DNA of 64,000 nt from NCBI GenBank assembly GCA_965153355.1, contig OZ231126.1:24862001-24926000 (forward strand). The letters are read 5' to 3'. The notes beneath the pieces are model-generated. The model was not told the DNA's origin. It saw nothing but the letters and a program-made list of their open reading frames with translations, and did not search any database. The translations under genes and the position numbers were made by a program. Below, one piece after another: positions 12,465-26,055 of this stretch (position 1 is its first letter; the number at the start of each line of letters is the position of its first letter). The stretch comes from Flaccisagitta enflata. Taxonomy: Eukaryota.

Positions 12465-13231
12465 CAGGGAATACCCCGCAAAGTGACACCAAAGAAAACG
12501 TCATATTTTAGCTACTAGAAGAGATAATCAAATTCTGAAAAAAGTTCTAAAAAGCTATTTTAAACCGATTTTATGCGATACAAAAGAAAAGAACACAACC
12601 TCAAAACTGTGTCTGTAATGTAGCATTGAAAGAAACTTTAAAGCTGGCGAGGCACGCATTTTCCTTTTGGGGGGTTTTGGGGTGGGTTCACTGATTTTGA
12701 TATAATTTCTCAACCTATCGAGCAAAAACGCCAGGGTCGGGCTTGAATGAAAGATATTTTGAAGTAGATTATGAATGCACAAAAAAATCAGGCTCTACAT
12801 CTATGTATGATCAGAAATTTGCCAAACAGAGGCCAAAAACAACACTTTTGCTCTAGAAATCCCTGTGAAAAATGTATCAATTTGCTACAAATACAATGGG
12901 AAACTCAAAAAACTCTTCAGATACTAAATTTTTAAAAAGAAATCTTCCATTAGAGACCGTTTCCAGCCATATGGCACAATTTGTTGATAAATGGCAGAAA
13001 AAAAATGTGCAACTCTTACTAATTTCATGTGTAAAAAGGGGATTTTTCTCAAAAATTGAGCATTTTTCACTTTTTTCAGGTCGGCTTTTTTTTCAAAATC
13101 AAATTTGTTAGTTTAATACAGACAAAATCGGTTTAAAAGATCTTTCAGGAACTTTTTTCAGAATTAGATTATCATTTCTGGAAGCAGAAATATGACGTTT
13201 TCTTTGGTGGCACTTTGCGAGGTATTCCCTG
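12465..13231. mobile_element. Tc1/mariner-type MITE
   Basis: TIR CAGGGAATACCCCGCAAAGTGACACCAAAGAAAACGTCATATTT and its reverse complement; TA TSD. Confidence 0.85.
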
Positions 13232-16229
13232 TATGTACCATCTTGGCCATAAATAAACAGGCAGCTGGAACGCGGCATACACTTTACAAGAGTAGTGCTA
13301 CTTAACGAATTTACCTACAATACCCACCATGGTCTAATTAGAAATATTTGTTTAAAATCAATTATATGCGACCAATCTGGAGTCAGTAGCTCAATTTGTT
13401 AAGGAGCAGCACTCTTCCAAAGTTGATGCTTGACTTGTTTCAGGCCTGTATATAGTGGCATATTCCCCTCCCCCCTCGTGGGGGGAAGCAAATCAAAGAA
13501 TTTGGAAATGGAGAAGGAAATCAGAAACTACTTCAAATTTCTGACTATATGCTTCCAACCACATTTATCTGGCTCAAGCTGTTTAGAAATATAGCATATA
13601 AAGAATGATACCCCTTTTGAACAATGGTCAAAATATTTCAAGTTTCTTGTAAATCTTTGCTTGTAATAATGAAGTCACTTGTATAATAGATTTGTAGATT
13701 TTTCATCTAATTTTTGGACCTCAGTCCAATGTTGAGGACTTGAATTCATTTTCTCAGCGTATTCCAACCTTAATGTAGAGATGCCACTATCGCGAATCTA
13801 GCTTGCGACAACTTTGCTTTTAGATTTCTTCTTACCGGAACGGGAGCTCAGCTCCGGGTCTAGATGCCAGCCGTTACAATGATTATCCCAATGATGTGAT
13901 ATTTTTCTGATAACTCAAAACGACTAGGTGGGGAAAATTACCCGGCCAAATTGATTACTAATCCGCAATTATTACTTTGATTTGCACTTGATTTTTAAGC
14001 GCGAAAGAACACATATTCCGACAGTGAAAAGTCTGTTGCTCTGATTGGTTAAAAAGAATCAGGATTCGGAAGTTTAATTGGCTGGAAGAGCCACTCCCAC
14101 AAACTATGGCTGAGCAGCTCCTCAAAAGGTCGTTGCTGTTGCTGAATAAATTGTGCGTAATTACACTTGGCTTAATCACCTAGTTAGCTAATTGTATGTT
14201 AACAGTCAATCTTCACCAGCTAGAGCCAGCTATAGCGAGTGTTCAACTGTTTAAAATACGCAACTAGCGTAATAGCATGAAACACGATTCCTTCCTGCTT
14301 CGAAGGAAACTTAGCCGATCGACGTTTTGGCGATGAGTCATAACGAAGAAAAAATTGCCAAAAAAACTGATTTCCCTACCCTCAAACTCTTGGCGCCTGG
14401 GACCGGAGCCTGGGATCATGGGATGAGGATACCGTACTGTTTCTTAAGAAGAAAGCGCCGCCCGAAGCAAGAAGGTTGGGCAAACTAGCTCTTCCCTCGT
14501 AACTCGACCCTTGCATAGCCCTCAGGTACACTACATTAAAAATTTTGATTGACTTAGGTCTCCGTGTTTTGTGTGGGGGGGGAAGGGGGGGGGTGTTGAA
14601 ATATGCCTGTGACCACCCATCCGCAACATTTTAGTAACCCTGCGTTACTTATATATCTCGCTTTAATATTATCTTTTCGCTTCGGTGACACGTTGATATC
14701 CATTGTCTAAAGTTCCGTAGCATTATATTCCATCACCCATTAAGGGTTGCGTCAGATTCAGGAACCCACATTGCTTTTAACAAGACCACACACAGCACAC
14801 ACATCATTTTCGATTAAATTTTTTCTTGTTTCCTCCCACTTGCTTGCTCTTTCAGGCCAGGACTGACGCACACACGGAAGAATGGAATAACGGAAAACGT
14901 CAAGGATGAAGACAATTTAAATCAACGACGACAACAGGGTAAGAGAACAAAAATGTTAAACAATTCTTAGTCGCATGCACGCGACTCTACACCCCGCTTT
15001 GTTGGTCGGTCGGACGGTTGGTTGGTCACACTTTATTTTTTTTATTTTCGGACCTTACTGTTCCTGCCCAAATGGTCGAGTGATCTTGAATATGGTCCCT
15101 GCCCACCCGCACGCGACTTGGGTAGCCGTGTATCCGTCCTTGTTTTTATAAGAGCAGGGATTTTTAAAGTGAAGCTCAGCATTCTCAAATTTTAATGTTT
15201 TTTTCTCTCATGCTATACATTTTTTCTAATATTTAATACTTATAATATTTTATTATAATAATTGATTATTTTTACCAATTATTATTACTTTAAAAAAGAT
15301 AACAGGATTTTTTGAAACATTTTGTAATATGATTATTCAGAATTCATTATTGCCAAAATATTGTTTTTTTGAAAAATATTTACAATTGTATTAATATTTT
15401 TAACAAAATACTTTTTGTCTCAAGCTCAGTATATTTTACCAAACTGAAGTTTATGTTCTCATTATTACTGTTCTTGTAGAAAAAAGACCTGCACACTTTT
15501 ATTTATGGTAAAAATCAAATTTCTGAGAATTTAACAAACTTTAAAAGAGACAAGGAGAAGGGTTATTATTGCTAGTGTGAAAATTCTAATTAAGCTACTC
15601 TTTTTATTTTTTAAAAGAACCTATAAGAACATCAAGCTTTGAAATCGCTCAAAAATTAAGAACATTGTAGTTATTTCACTAGTAGCTATCTCTTTTGAAG
15701 GCTACAGAAAAAAAATGACATTCTTATAAACAAGGCCGGAAACGGCTACCCCAGTCGCGTGCGGGTGGGCAGGGGCCGTAATGGAGGTAACTTTATCATT
15801 TGGGCAGAAGCAGTGAGGCCAGAGACTGCAAAAACCCAAAAAAAGTAAAGTATGACGGACGGACCAACGGACTGACGGACGGACGGACCGAAGGACGGAT
15901 CGAAAAAGCGGGGTTTAGAGTCGCATAGCACGCAACTAAAAATAAAGTTTTTACGTCCTTTCATCTTGGAACCGTTACAGCGTTAACTCTCGATCTGTGG
16001 TTGCACGTAAGCGCACTGATTTTCATTTTCTTGCATAGGACCACTGCACCGGCTGAAATTCCACGAGTTGTCTTGGAAGATAGTTTCAAAAGCTAGGACC
16101 AAAGAAAACACGACGAGGTTTTGGCTCCGCAACATTTGGAAGCAGTCACATTGAATTTAGTCACGACTACGGTCAAAAGGCTATGGCGGTCATCCAGAAA
16201 AGGTTCAGGTTAGTTGCATGTTTGCCTAC

Positions 16230-16325
<96 letters not shown>

Positions 16326-16369
16326 AACCCACACACGAACGAACCCACACACACGAACACACACACACA

Positions 16370-16402
<33 letters not shown>

Positions 16403-17149
16403 GAACACACACACACACACACACACACACGAATACTCACACTCACACTCACACACTCAAATTTTGACACATACTGAAAGCTCCGGCGTTTTAAGGTGTT
16501 TAAATATTTTAACTAAAGACTGTGCTTCTTTGACAGCATAGTAGGGGCAAAGCCTCTAGGAAAACATCATTTCAAACGTCGTCTTCTAAAATTTTTAAGT
16601 CATAACTGCATATTTATTACTGCCCCTGCAGCCTCGCGACGGTGGCTGAAATTGACCGCACTATTCCTCAAAAAGTGGGATGACTGGATGATGAATCGGC
16701 CGCGCATTCTCTTGGGGTAATCATACTTCTGCAGTCATCAGGAACAGCCGCGGGGATCTGGATGGAACAGAAGATGATCTGTCTCCTGACAAAAAGTAAG
16801 GTGACGAGAGAGAATAGTCGCATAAGCGTTAGATGGTCCGGTACACATTGCCCCTATTTGAGTGTATGTGGGTGTGAGGACTGTAAGGTGGTTGAAGAGG
16901 CAGCAACCCTAAAGGGGCTAATGATTTATGCTTTTTTTTGTCCGCGACGGAATACCATTCCGACGCGGACTATAATTCGAGGCGGGTGGGTGTCGTCGCT
17001 GTCGTTGTTGTCGTCGTTGTCGTCGTCGTTGTCCACACTTTTAAAAATGGGCTAACTTTTGAACGCCTTGACCGATTTGCTTCATATTTGGAGGGAAGTT
17101 GTACTAGGGTAAGCCGCTTTACATCCTATGCGTATGTTATGATCCGACC

Positions 17150-18320
17150 CACCCAACCGGCCCAACCAGCCTACCAGCCTAAAAGTGAAAAACGTGCATA
17201 ACTTCGGCATTTTTCAACCGATTTGGTTGAAACTTGGTATGTAGTCTCTAAATGGAAGGACTCAACATATGTATTTGATCTGTACAGATTTTAGCATGTT
17301 AACCGGCCAAACCGGCCTACCACCCAACCAGCCTACCAGCCTAGAAGCGAAAAACGTGCACAACTTCGTCATTTTTCAACCAAATTGGTTGAAACTCAAT
17401 ATGTAGTCTCTAAATGAGAGTACTCAACATATGTATTTGAATTGTAAAGTTTTTAGCATGCTAACCGGCCAAACCAGCCTACCACCCAACTAGCCTACTA
17501 GCCTCAAAGTTAAAAACATGCATAACTTTGGCATTTTTCAACCGATTTGGTTAAAACTTGGTATGTAGTCTCTAAATGGAAGGACTCAACATATGTATTT
17601 GAATTGTATAGATTTTAGCATGCTCACCGGCCAAACCAGCCTACCACCCAACTAGCCTACCAGCCTAAAAGTGAAAAATGTGCATAACTTCGGCATTTTT
17701 CAACCAATTTGGTTGAAACTTGGTATGAAGTCTCTAAATGGAAGCACTCAACATACGTATTTGAATTGTAAAGATTTTAGCATGCCTACCAGCCAAACTA
17801 GCCTACCACCCAACTAGCCTACCGGCCTGAAAGTTAAAAACGTGCATAACTTTGGCATTTTTCAACCGATTTGGTTGAAACTTGGTATGTAGTCTCTAAA
17901 TGGAAGAACTCAACATATGTATTTGAATTGTATAGATTTTAGCATGCTCACCGGCCAAACCAGCCTACCATCCAACTAGCCTACCAGCCTAAAAGTGAAA
18001 AATGTGCATAACTTCGGCATTTTTCAACCGATTTGGTTGAAACTTGGTATGAAGTCTCTAAATGGAAGGACTCAACATATGTATTTGAATTGTAAAGATT
18101 TTAGCATGCCTACCAGCCAAACCAGCCTACCACCCAACTAGCCTACCGGCCTAAAAGTGAAAAACGTGCAGAACTTCAGCATTTTTCAATAGATTTGGTT
18201 AAAACTGGGTATGTAGTCCCTAAATGGAACATATGAATTTGATTTATAACGATTTTAACATGCTAACTGGCCTTCCAGCCAGCCAGCTTACCACCCTTAA
18301 AGTGATAAATGTGCAAAACT
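17150..18320. repeat. Tandem array of 162-bp units, ~7 copies
   Basis: The anchor GCA(T/C/G)AACT recurs at 17196, 17358, 17520, 17682, 17844, 18006 and 18168. Confidence 0.95.
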
Positions 18321-18329
18321 TATGCCAAT

Positions 18330-18690
18330 GCCAATGCCGTTTGACAATGCCGTTTGACAATGCCGTTTGACAATGCCGTTTGACAATGCTGTTTGACAAT
18401 GCCGTTTGACAATGTCATTTGACAATGTCATTGACAATGTCGTTTGACAATGCCATTTGACAACGCCGTTTGACAACGCCGTTTGACAACGCCGTTTGAC
18501 AACGCCGTTTGACAACGCTGTTTTACAACGCTGTTTTACAACGCCGTTTTACAATGTCGTATGACAACGCCGTATGACAACGCCATATTACAACGCCGTA
18601 TGACTACGCCGTATGACTACGCCGTATGACTACGCCGTTTGACAACGCCATTTGACAACGCCGTTTGACAATGCCGTTTGACAACGCTGA
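18330..18690. repeat. 14-bp minisatellite (GCCGTTTGACAAY)-like
   Basis: About 25 tandem copies with variants. Confidence 0.9.
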
Positions 18691-19108
18691 TTGACCCCAG
18701 TCGCTGACCCACACTCTTTCAAGATTTTTTTTTTTGCCTCGAGGCTCAAATTAAGGCCTCTAGGCTGGAATTTGGGCCTCCAGGCTGGTATTTAAGCCTT
18801 TAGGCCGGTAAAAGAGGCTGGTATTTGTACCTTAGGGCTGCATTTTGGGCCTCAAGTCTGTAGTAGTAGAACTTTGAGTCTGAGATTGGGGCCTCAATGC
18901 TGGATTTTAGAAGTCGAGGTTAGAATTAGGGCTCTGAGGCTGAAATTTGGGGCTTGGCTTTGGGCCTCAAGACTAGGATTGGGGCCTTGAGGCTGGGTTT
19001 TGGGTCTTGAGGTCGGGGGGGGGGGGCATAGGAGATGAAGGAAAATTTCCCCACATGTGAAAGCACAGGTCATTGGCCGCTTTGGGGCCGCTGCCCAAAA
19101 AGTAAGGT

Positions 19109-19178
<70 letters not shown>

Positions 19179-20626
19179 GAACGACAGACAGGCAGACAGG
19201 CAGTCATATTAGAGGCAGACTGATAGAAAAGAAGAAACGCGGGTACTATCTTAGAAAAAAGTATAGCAACACCTTGGAGTTCATAGGTGTTATTGATATA
19301 ATTTCATCCAATTCATTATTTTTATGAATCTAATGATTTTTATGATATTTTTTTTCAATAACCATCTTAGCTGTATGTTAACAAAGTGACTTAAGCTTAT
19401 TTATTTGGTTAAGTAAAATCGTATTCATAAATTCATAAATAATTTTATTTCGTTAGAAGTTTTTTTTTTTGCATGTCATTTCTAAATGCTAAAAGATACA
19501 GAAACCAGATTGCACTCATCTGGTAGATTTTTTTATGTAGATTAATTTGCCTTTCAGATGCGTACACACAACTCTATAAAAGGCTTTGTCCGTCCGTTAG
19601 TCAGTCGGTCCGTCAGTCCATGGAAACAAGTCAAAAATTGCAAAAATGAGCGTTTTAAATGGGTTTTGTGTATGTATGGGAGTCATGGTGTATGGATGGG
19701 GGTTAAATGCCTCTGCCCACCCATCCTCAACAATATTGTGACCCCGAATCACTTGTTTTGAAAAAGACTAGCTTTTCTATAAGCTTAGATAATCTAAAAA
19801 TGAGCTATGTTTAATAATTTTGATTATTAAATTACAATTTTTTCTCTGATTTTCAAGATCATAGCCTACATTCTTTTGCCATTTCTAAATCATTTGAGCT
19901 ACAGTGATCAGATTGCACTTATTTTGAAGATTTTTGAAGTAGATTAATTTGATTTAAAAAAACTTAAAGCTTTTCTAAAAATTGAGAAATGCTTTGTAGA
20001 AGGTGTCGCTAAACTTATTTCCTAGATAGTAGATAGACAAGTGATGTTTATTACTAAGTAATCACATTTCAGCTTGTCTATCTTTCTGTTTGTCTATCTG
20101 AGCATCTTTTTCTCTGTTTCTATATAAGGAACTCCAATCGAGAGAGGTTTGTCAACAGCATCCAATCGCCTATCAGCCACCAAGCGAGATCATTGCCGTC
20201 AGCAATTTGGTGGAAGAAGATTTGGAATAGCGCTTCTCTCACTACGAGCATCCAGAACCCTCTAACATTAGATTTTAGAATTCTCATCAAAATCTCTCAT
20301 TGCGTCCTACACATTTTTAGTCGCGTGCTACACGACTCTACACCTCGCTTTGTAGGTCCATGCGTCGGTCCATCCATCCGTTGGTCCATCACACATTACT
20401 TTTTGTTTTTGTTTTTGCGGTCTTGGGCCTCGTTGCTCCTGTCCAAATGACCAAGTGACCTCAAATACAGCCCCTGCCCACCCAAACGCGACTGGGGTAG
20501 CCGTGAATCCGGCCTTGTTTTATGTAATAGTGCTGTCTTGGATTACGTGAAAAGAGGAGATTGATTTTCGTTGATTGAACAACATAGCGTTTCTTCATAA
20601 ACGAGTTTGATTGATGTTAAACTGTA

Positions 20627-21223
20627 CACAGTGGGCCTTAATTGGATACGAGTTCAAAAAAATCCATGATGGTAGTGACTTCTACTATTAAGAATATTTG
20701 ATAGTGGAGAACTATTAACCTTTAAAAAAAATCTTTTCTTGAATTTTTGCAATAATCACTTATATGTTTTGATTTTTTTTAATAATTGATATAAGTTTTT
20801 AGCATTTATGTGTTTTGAAATTCTGATTCAGGATTCATATTCCTGGTGAAATTTCCAACCATTTGATACATCACACTATATACTTTTATGAAGAAATGAA
20901 ATTATCATATTTTAGGCCACCATTGCTTTTGTTATAATAGTAGTTCAGAAAATGAAAAAAAAAAATTTATAAAAACATATAGTGCGACCTATCAAATGAT
21001 TGGAAATTTCACCAGGAATATGAATCTTGAGTCAGTATTGCAAAACACATAAATCCTGAAGATATTTGAAAAATTTGAAATTTTTAGAGATTTTTGTAAA
21101 AGATTTTAAGAGGAATTTTTTTTAAGAGTCAACATCAATTCACCTTCATGAAATGTACCTACTTAAGTAAGTCCCTACTATTGGGGATTTTTTTGACTTT
21201 GTACCCAATAAAGGCTGACTGTG
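20627..21223. mobile_element. MITE with imperfect TIRs beginning CACAGTG
   Basis: CACAGTGGGCCTTAATTGGATAC.. versus ..GTACCCAATAAAGGCTGACTGTG, with internal inverted blocks. Confidence 0.6.
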
Positions 21224-21224
21224 T

Positions 21225-22356
21225 TAACAGCTCTCAGAAATTTATAAAGATTATCATTTCCTCTTGTCCACTTTAAACTAGACCAATATTGACCTGAGGA
21301 ATTAACTCAGACCGTTAAAAATGCTCTCAGGTAAATTTTTAGATTCCCATGGCCAAAGGTTCTTAGGTAAAAAACCATATAAGGTCAAATTTTAAAAAAT
21401 TGAAATGTGCATATCTGATTGCAGATTCAGAATCTTTGTAAAAAACTGTATGTTGAAAGTGCCTTCCTTTTTTTAAAATTCTGACCAGAACACTCAGGTG
21501 TGTCAAATACGGGTGATGACTGAATTTGAGACCATAACGCTGACGCAAGATGGGGCTGTTGATTTGAAAACGATCGCCGTTTTTCTTTTTCCAAAATTCA
21601 ATCGGCAATCGTTTTTTTTTCGCGATCGAAATCTAATGCAATGTCTGCGCTCTCGTTAGCCAAGAAACAAATTTATTAACCAAAAAACTATATTACTATT
21701 TCATTGAAGTTGATATGATTAACCCAGACACTTTTCTGTGACGCTTTCAAGAGGATAGCAGCATATGAAGGTAATTCGAATGCCCCACTATACAAGGCAA
21801 AAGATGAAAAGTCGATAACGTGATTACAATGATATGCAAATTAGGGGCAAAACAGGGCTTTTAGAAAAAACGGAAAATGACTGAAATTTGAAAAAAGAAA
21901 AACGGTGAAGGCATTTGAATGAGTAACCCCATGATGCCCTAGCGTTATACTCTCAGGGATTAATGTTTTGCATATTGACACACCCGACCAGAACACTGTC
22001 AAATTTGACGTTTTAGGCAAAATTAGCAAAATTTTAAACAAAAGCACAATTCTTACTCTATTTATACCTTTAACATCAAAATTGACAATGTTCTAGTTAG
22101 AATTTTTAAAAAAGGAAGACACTTTTAACAGGCAGTATTTTACAAGGATTCTGAATCTGCTATCAAATATGTATATTTCCCATTTTGAAAAATTGACCTT
22201 ATATAGTTTTTGACCTGAGAACCTTAGGCCATGGGGATCGAAAAATTGACCTGAGAACATTTCTGATAGTCTGAGTGGATTCCCCACCTCAATATTGGTC
22301 TAGTCTCAAATGGACAATAGCAAGTCATGATTTTTGATAATTTCTGAGAGCTGTTA
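21225..22356. mobile_element. Mutator-like foldback MITE
   Basis: TIRs of ~260 bp starting TAACAGCTCTCAGAAAT; perfect 10-bp TSD CTGACTGTGT at 21215-21224 and 22357-22366. Confidence 0.85.
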
Positions 22357-22679
22357 CTGACTGTGTGCAATTTTGTCCCATTTTGTCATTAAAAAAGTTG
22401 CGATCTTGCACCCCTGTCTATTCAATAGTTTGAAATTAGATACAACTTTGAGCATGTTAATGAAAAGTGCAGTCTAATCAGGCGTCCTTTTGGAAATGAC
22501 TGGCATGAAAATCGAGTGCGAGGGTTGAACTACAGGGGGAGGGGGGGGGGAGTGATAAATGGGAAGAATATGGTGACCCAACATTCAGCTTTTTTGTGCC
22601 TAATTATTTCCGATCATTTTTAAAGTAAATGATATGAGGCTGGCTCATCGTGTAAAAGAACAATTGAAATGAATGAAAG

Positions 22680-23275
22680 GCAGAGAGAGAGAAAGTGAGC
22701 GACAAAATGTGTGACATACCAAGATACCAAATACGAGACAAAATGACAAATTATAAAGCAAATGGAGAGACTAAGAGACCAACCAAGAGACAAGCATAGA
22801 GACGATTCAATAGACAAATCGAGAGATTATGGGAAAAACCAAGAGACACACTGAAAGACATAGTAAAGACAAACCAAGAGGCAAATCTAGAGATAAGCCA
22901 AGAGATAAGTAAATAAGAAACATAACTATAAACTGAGAAACAAACAGAGACAAATAAAAAGAAAAACAATAAGACAATCTGAAAGTCAATCTGAAAGACA
23001 ATCAGAAAGACAAACTGAAAGACACCATGAGAGAAGCCAAGAGACAAACTGAAAGACACTAAAGATCAAAGTGAGAGACAAACCAAGACTTGGCAAGAGA
23101 CAATCCCAGAGACCGACCAAGAGACAAACCCAGGAATAAGCCAAGAGACAAGCTGAGAGAAGTGGGTTGACAAACTGAGAAAAACCAAGTGAAAAATGAG
23201 AGACAAATAGAGACAAACCAAGAGACAAATAGAGACAAACCAAGAGACAAACTAAAAGACTAACAAAGAGTCAAA
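22680..23275. repeat. Degenerate purine-rich ~12-bp minisatellite (GAGACAAACCAA-like)
   Basis: Recurrent GAGACAAA/CCAAGAGA units with strong strand asymmetry. Confidence 0.75.
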
Positions 23276-23932
23276 CATGGGTTAGTCCTAGTAGATAGCA
23301 TGACGTTTTTGTCTAAATGACATCACACTCTTTGTTTTGGGCTACGTTCGTTACGTTTGTTCTCTCGAGTCTTGAGAACGGTAAGCGCATTTTTCCCTCT
23401 CATATTCATCCGCGCCCGGACGCGGCGTCATTGGTAAATCGGGTCCGAGCTTGTCACAAGATTTCAGTGAAAGTGATAATAGTTTTTGGCCATAACTTTC
23501 GAACGCGTCAATGGATTTTAATGATTTTTTCATATTTAGAAAATTGGGATTAAAACGCATAGGATAATGAACAAATTTCTTTCTTTGGAGCACGCGTTGA
23601 GAATCAGTGGGCCTCGCTACTTAATGATATGTTTTGGTTGAAAAAAAGAGCACATGCAAACCCGCCATAATCACCATGAATAGTCTGAAATTGCTCTCAA
23701 GAATAGGAGAGGTATCAGATATTCATACCTAACAATTGTCTAAAATTGCAAAGAAAATCCATAATCGGGTTGTGGTTGAGGTCTATGGGAGTAACACTGA
23801 ATATTTGGCAAAATCTATTTTTTCATGATTCCTTAATTGATGACATAACTAATTCCTATTTTGGCGATATGATTATGCTCTAGATAGTGATCAGAAGCGG
23901 TCCCTATGCACATGCTCTTGTAAAGTGTTCTT

Positions 23933-24710
23933 TAGTTGCAGACACGCAACTCTATAAGAGGCTTTGTCTGTCCATCGGTCTGTTGGTTTGTCCATCGGAC
24001 CAGGGTCATCGAGTTAAAAAGTTGAAAAACAAGCGTTTTGGTTGATTTTATTGTATGAAAGGTGTTTGAGTGTGCGAGATGGGTGCTAGGGTGTGGACTA
24101 ACACCTGTCTAACAGTTAGGCAGAAAAAAATTTAAGCATACAAAGAACAAAAACTATACTTCTAGTTGGCCCAGTGAGATGAAATTTTAACTGAAGTTTA
24201 TTTACACTTTTGAGATACTAAAGAAGAAATTTCATCACACTGGGTTGACGAGAAGTAAGCTTCTCAAACATTTTTACCTCTTGTGTTTTTCCGCCTAATT
24301 GTCAGACAGGTGTTAGAGTGGGCTCAATTGGGGAATTTGAATGAAACACTATTTCCAAACACTTTTCATTTTCCATTTGCATATAAAGAGCCTAAGCTCA
24401 TTGGAATATCGATTTGGACTTGTTCTGGGTACTCCGTCATTAATGCTGTAGTTGTATAGAATTGATTGCTGTAGTTATGAGAGAAATTCCTTCCATAGCA
24501 ATTCTATACAAATACAGCATTGATGATGGAGTGCCTAGATCAAGTCCAAATCGATTTTCCAAAGCGATTGGGCCCTTGAGATGTAAAAGGAACAAGAAAA
24601 GTGCATGGAAATAATGTTTCATTCTAATGCCCAAATTGTGCCCAATCTAGTATGGATGGGGCTTGGATTGCCCGTCCGCAATGATGTTGTGACCCCGCGT
24701 CACTATTTTC
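23933..24710. mobile_element. Family-A-like element interrupted by two MITEs (24099-24315 and 24316-24648)
   Basis: TIRs TAACACCTGTCT/AGACAGGTGTTA and GAGTGGGCTCAATTGGG/CCCAAATTGTGCCCAATC; the host resumes at ~24651. Confidence 0.65.
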
Positions 24711-24989
24711 TAATAGAATGCACGTTTTTGTGTTTTTGTGTATATGGAATGATAAGAATGCATTTGTTAAAATGAACATCCTGAAACATCTAATTAATTC
24801 CGCACTCAATCCCAAACCATTCTTTGTCACGACAATCCTTTGGAAAACGACTTAGTCATCCATTGTTTGCACCGTCTACAAAATTCTTTGCCAACGCGGA
24901 GAAAAAGCTTTTTCCCCGTAAACATTTCTTCCAAATAAAAACCCATTTTGATGACAAGAAAAAAATGTCACCCGCAAAGCTTTCTCGTC

Positions 24990-26055
24990 TTTGGGCAGCG
25001 GCCCCAAAAGGGTCAATGACCTATGCTTTCACACATATGGGGAATTTTCTCCTTCTCCTCTTTTTGGGCAGCGGCCCCAAAGGGCCGATGTCCTGTAGGA
25101 CACAGGGGGGAATTTCCAGACGTCCGTACGTCCTTCCATCCTTCCGTCCTTCCGTCCTTCCGTCCTTCCGTCCGTCCCCCCCCGTTGGCCATCGAGGCCT
25201 CATATCCTCACTCTCAGGCCTGATTTAGGCCCTCTCAGCCCTCAAATTAGCCCTCCAGGCTTCAAATCAGCTCTCCGTGCCTCAAATCAGCTCTCCAGGC
25301 CTCAAATCAGCTCTCAAGGCATCAGATCAGCTCTCCAGGCCTCATATCCGCTCTCCAGACCTCAAATCAGCATTCCAGGCCCCAAATCAGCCCTCCAGGC
25401 CTCAAATCTGCCCCCAAAGCCTAAGGCATGCCCCCTGACCTCAAATCTAATCTTCAGGCATAAATCTTCCCCCAGACCTCAAACCCCGCCTCAGTTACCT
25501 CTTTAGCCTGCTATATTCCCCCTCAGGACGTCTGGAAATTCCCCCCTGTGTCCTACAGGACATCGGCCCTTTGGGGCCGCTGCCCTGCTCTCACTCCACT
25601 ACTTCACTTGATCACCCCAAGCAGGGCATCGGGTACCGCTGACCATGTGCGATCCTTGGATGACTAGTTACTCCTCCTCCTCCTCCTTCTTCTTCTCCGC
25701 CCCCCCCTCAAATCCCAGTCTCGAGGACCAAATCCCAGTTTTGAGGACCAAATCCTAGCCTCAAGGCCCAAATCCCAGCCTCTAGGCCAAAATCCTAGCC
25801 TGGATGCCCAGATCTCAGCCTTGAGGGCAAAATCGCAGCCTCGAGGTCCAAATCCCAGTCAAGAGGCCTGATCCCAAGAGGAGGAGGAGGAGGAGGAGGA
25901 GGAGGAGGAGGAGAAGGAGAAAATTCCCCATATGTGTGAAAGCTTAGGTCATCTACACATTTGGGGCCGCTGCCCTGCTCCCCCCTCAACTTCAAGCTCA
26001 ACCTACTCAGACAGGGCACGGGTACCGCTGACCATCTAACACTTTTGCGACTTTT
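24990..26055 (+). mobile_element. Family-B element nested in another family-B element (inner 25063-25668)
   Basis: Two sets of GGGCAGCGGCCCC inverted repeats, two 21-bp arrays and two GGTACCGCTGACCAT termini. Confidence 0.75.

Larger units (their letters stand above)
16933..18730 (+). mobile_element. DINE-1/Helentron-like element carrying a 162-bp satellite and a 14-bp minisatellite
   Basis: 5' hairpin GTCCGCG-CGGAAT..ATTCCG-CGCGGAC, (GTC)n, internal arrays; inserted in a T-run inside a family-B element. Confidence 0.6.

Noticed and set aside
17150-18690. Regular repeats that might suggest a CRISPR array
   Set aside because: Contiguous tandem units with no unique spacers, no cas genes, eukaryotic context.
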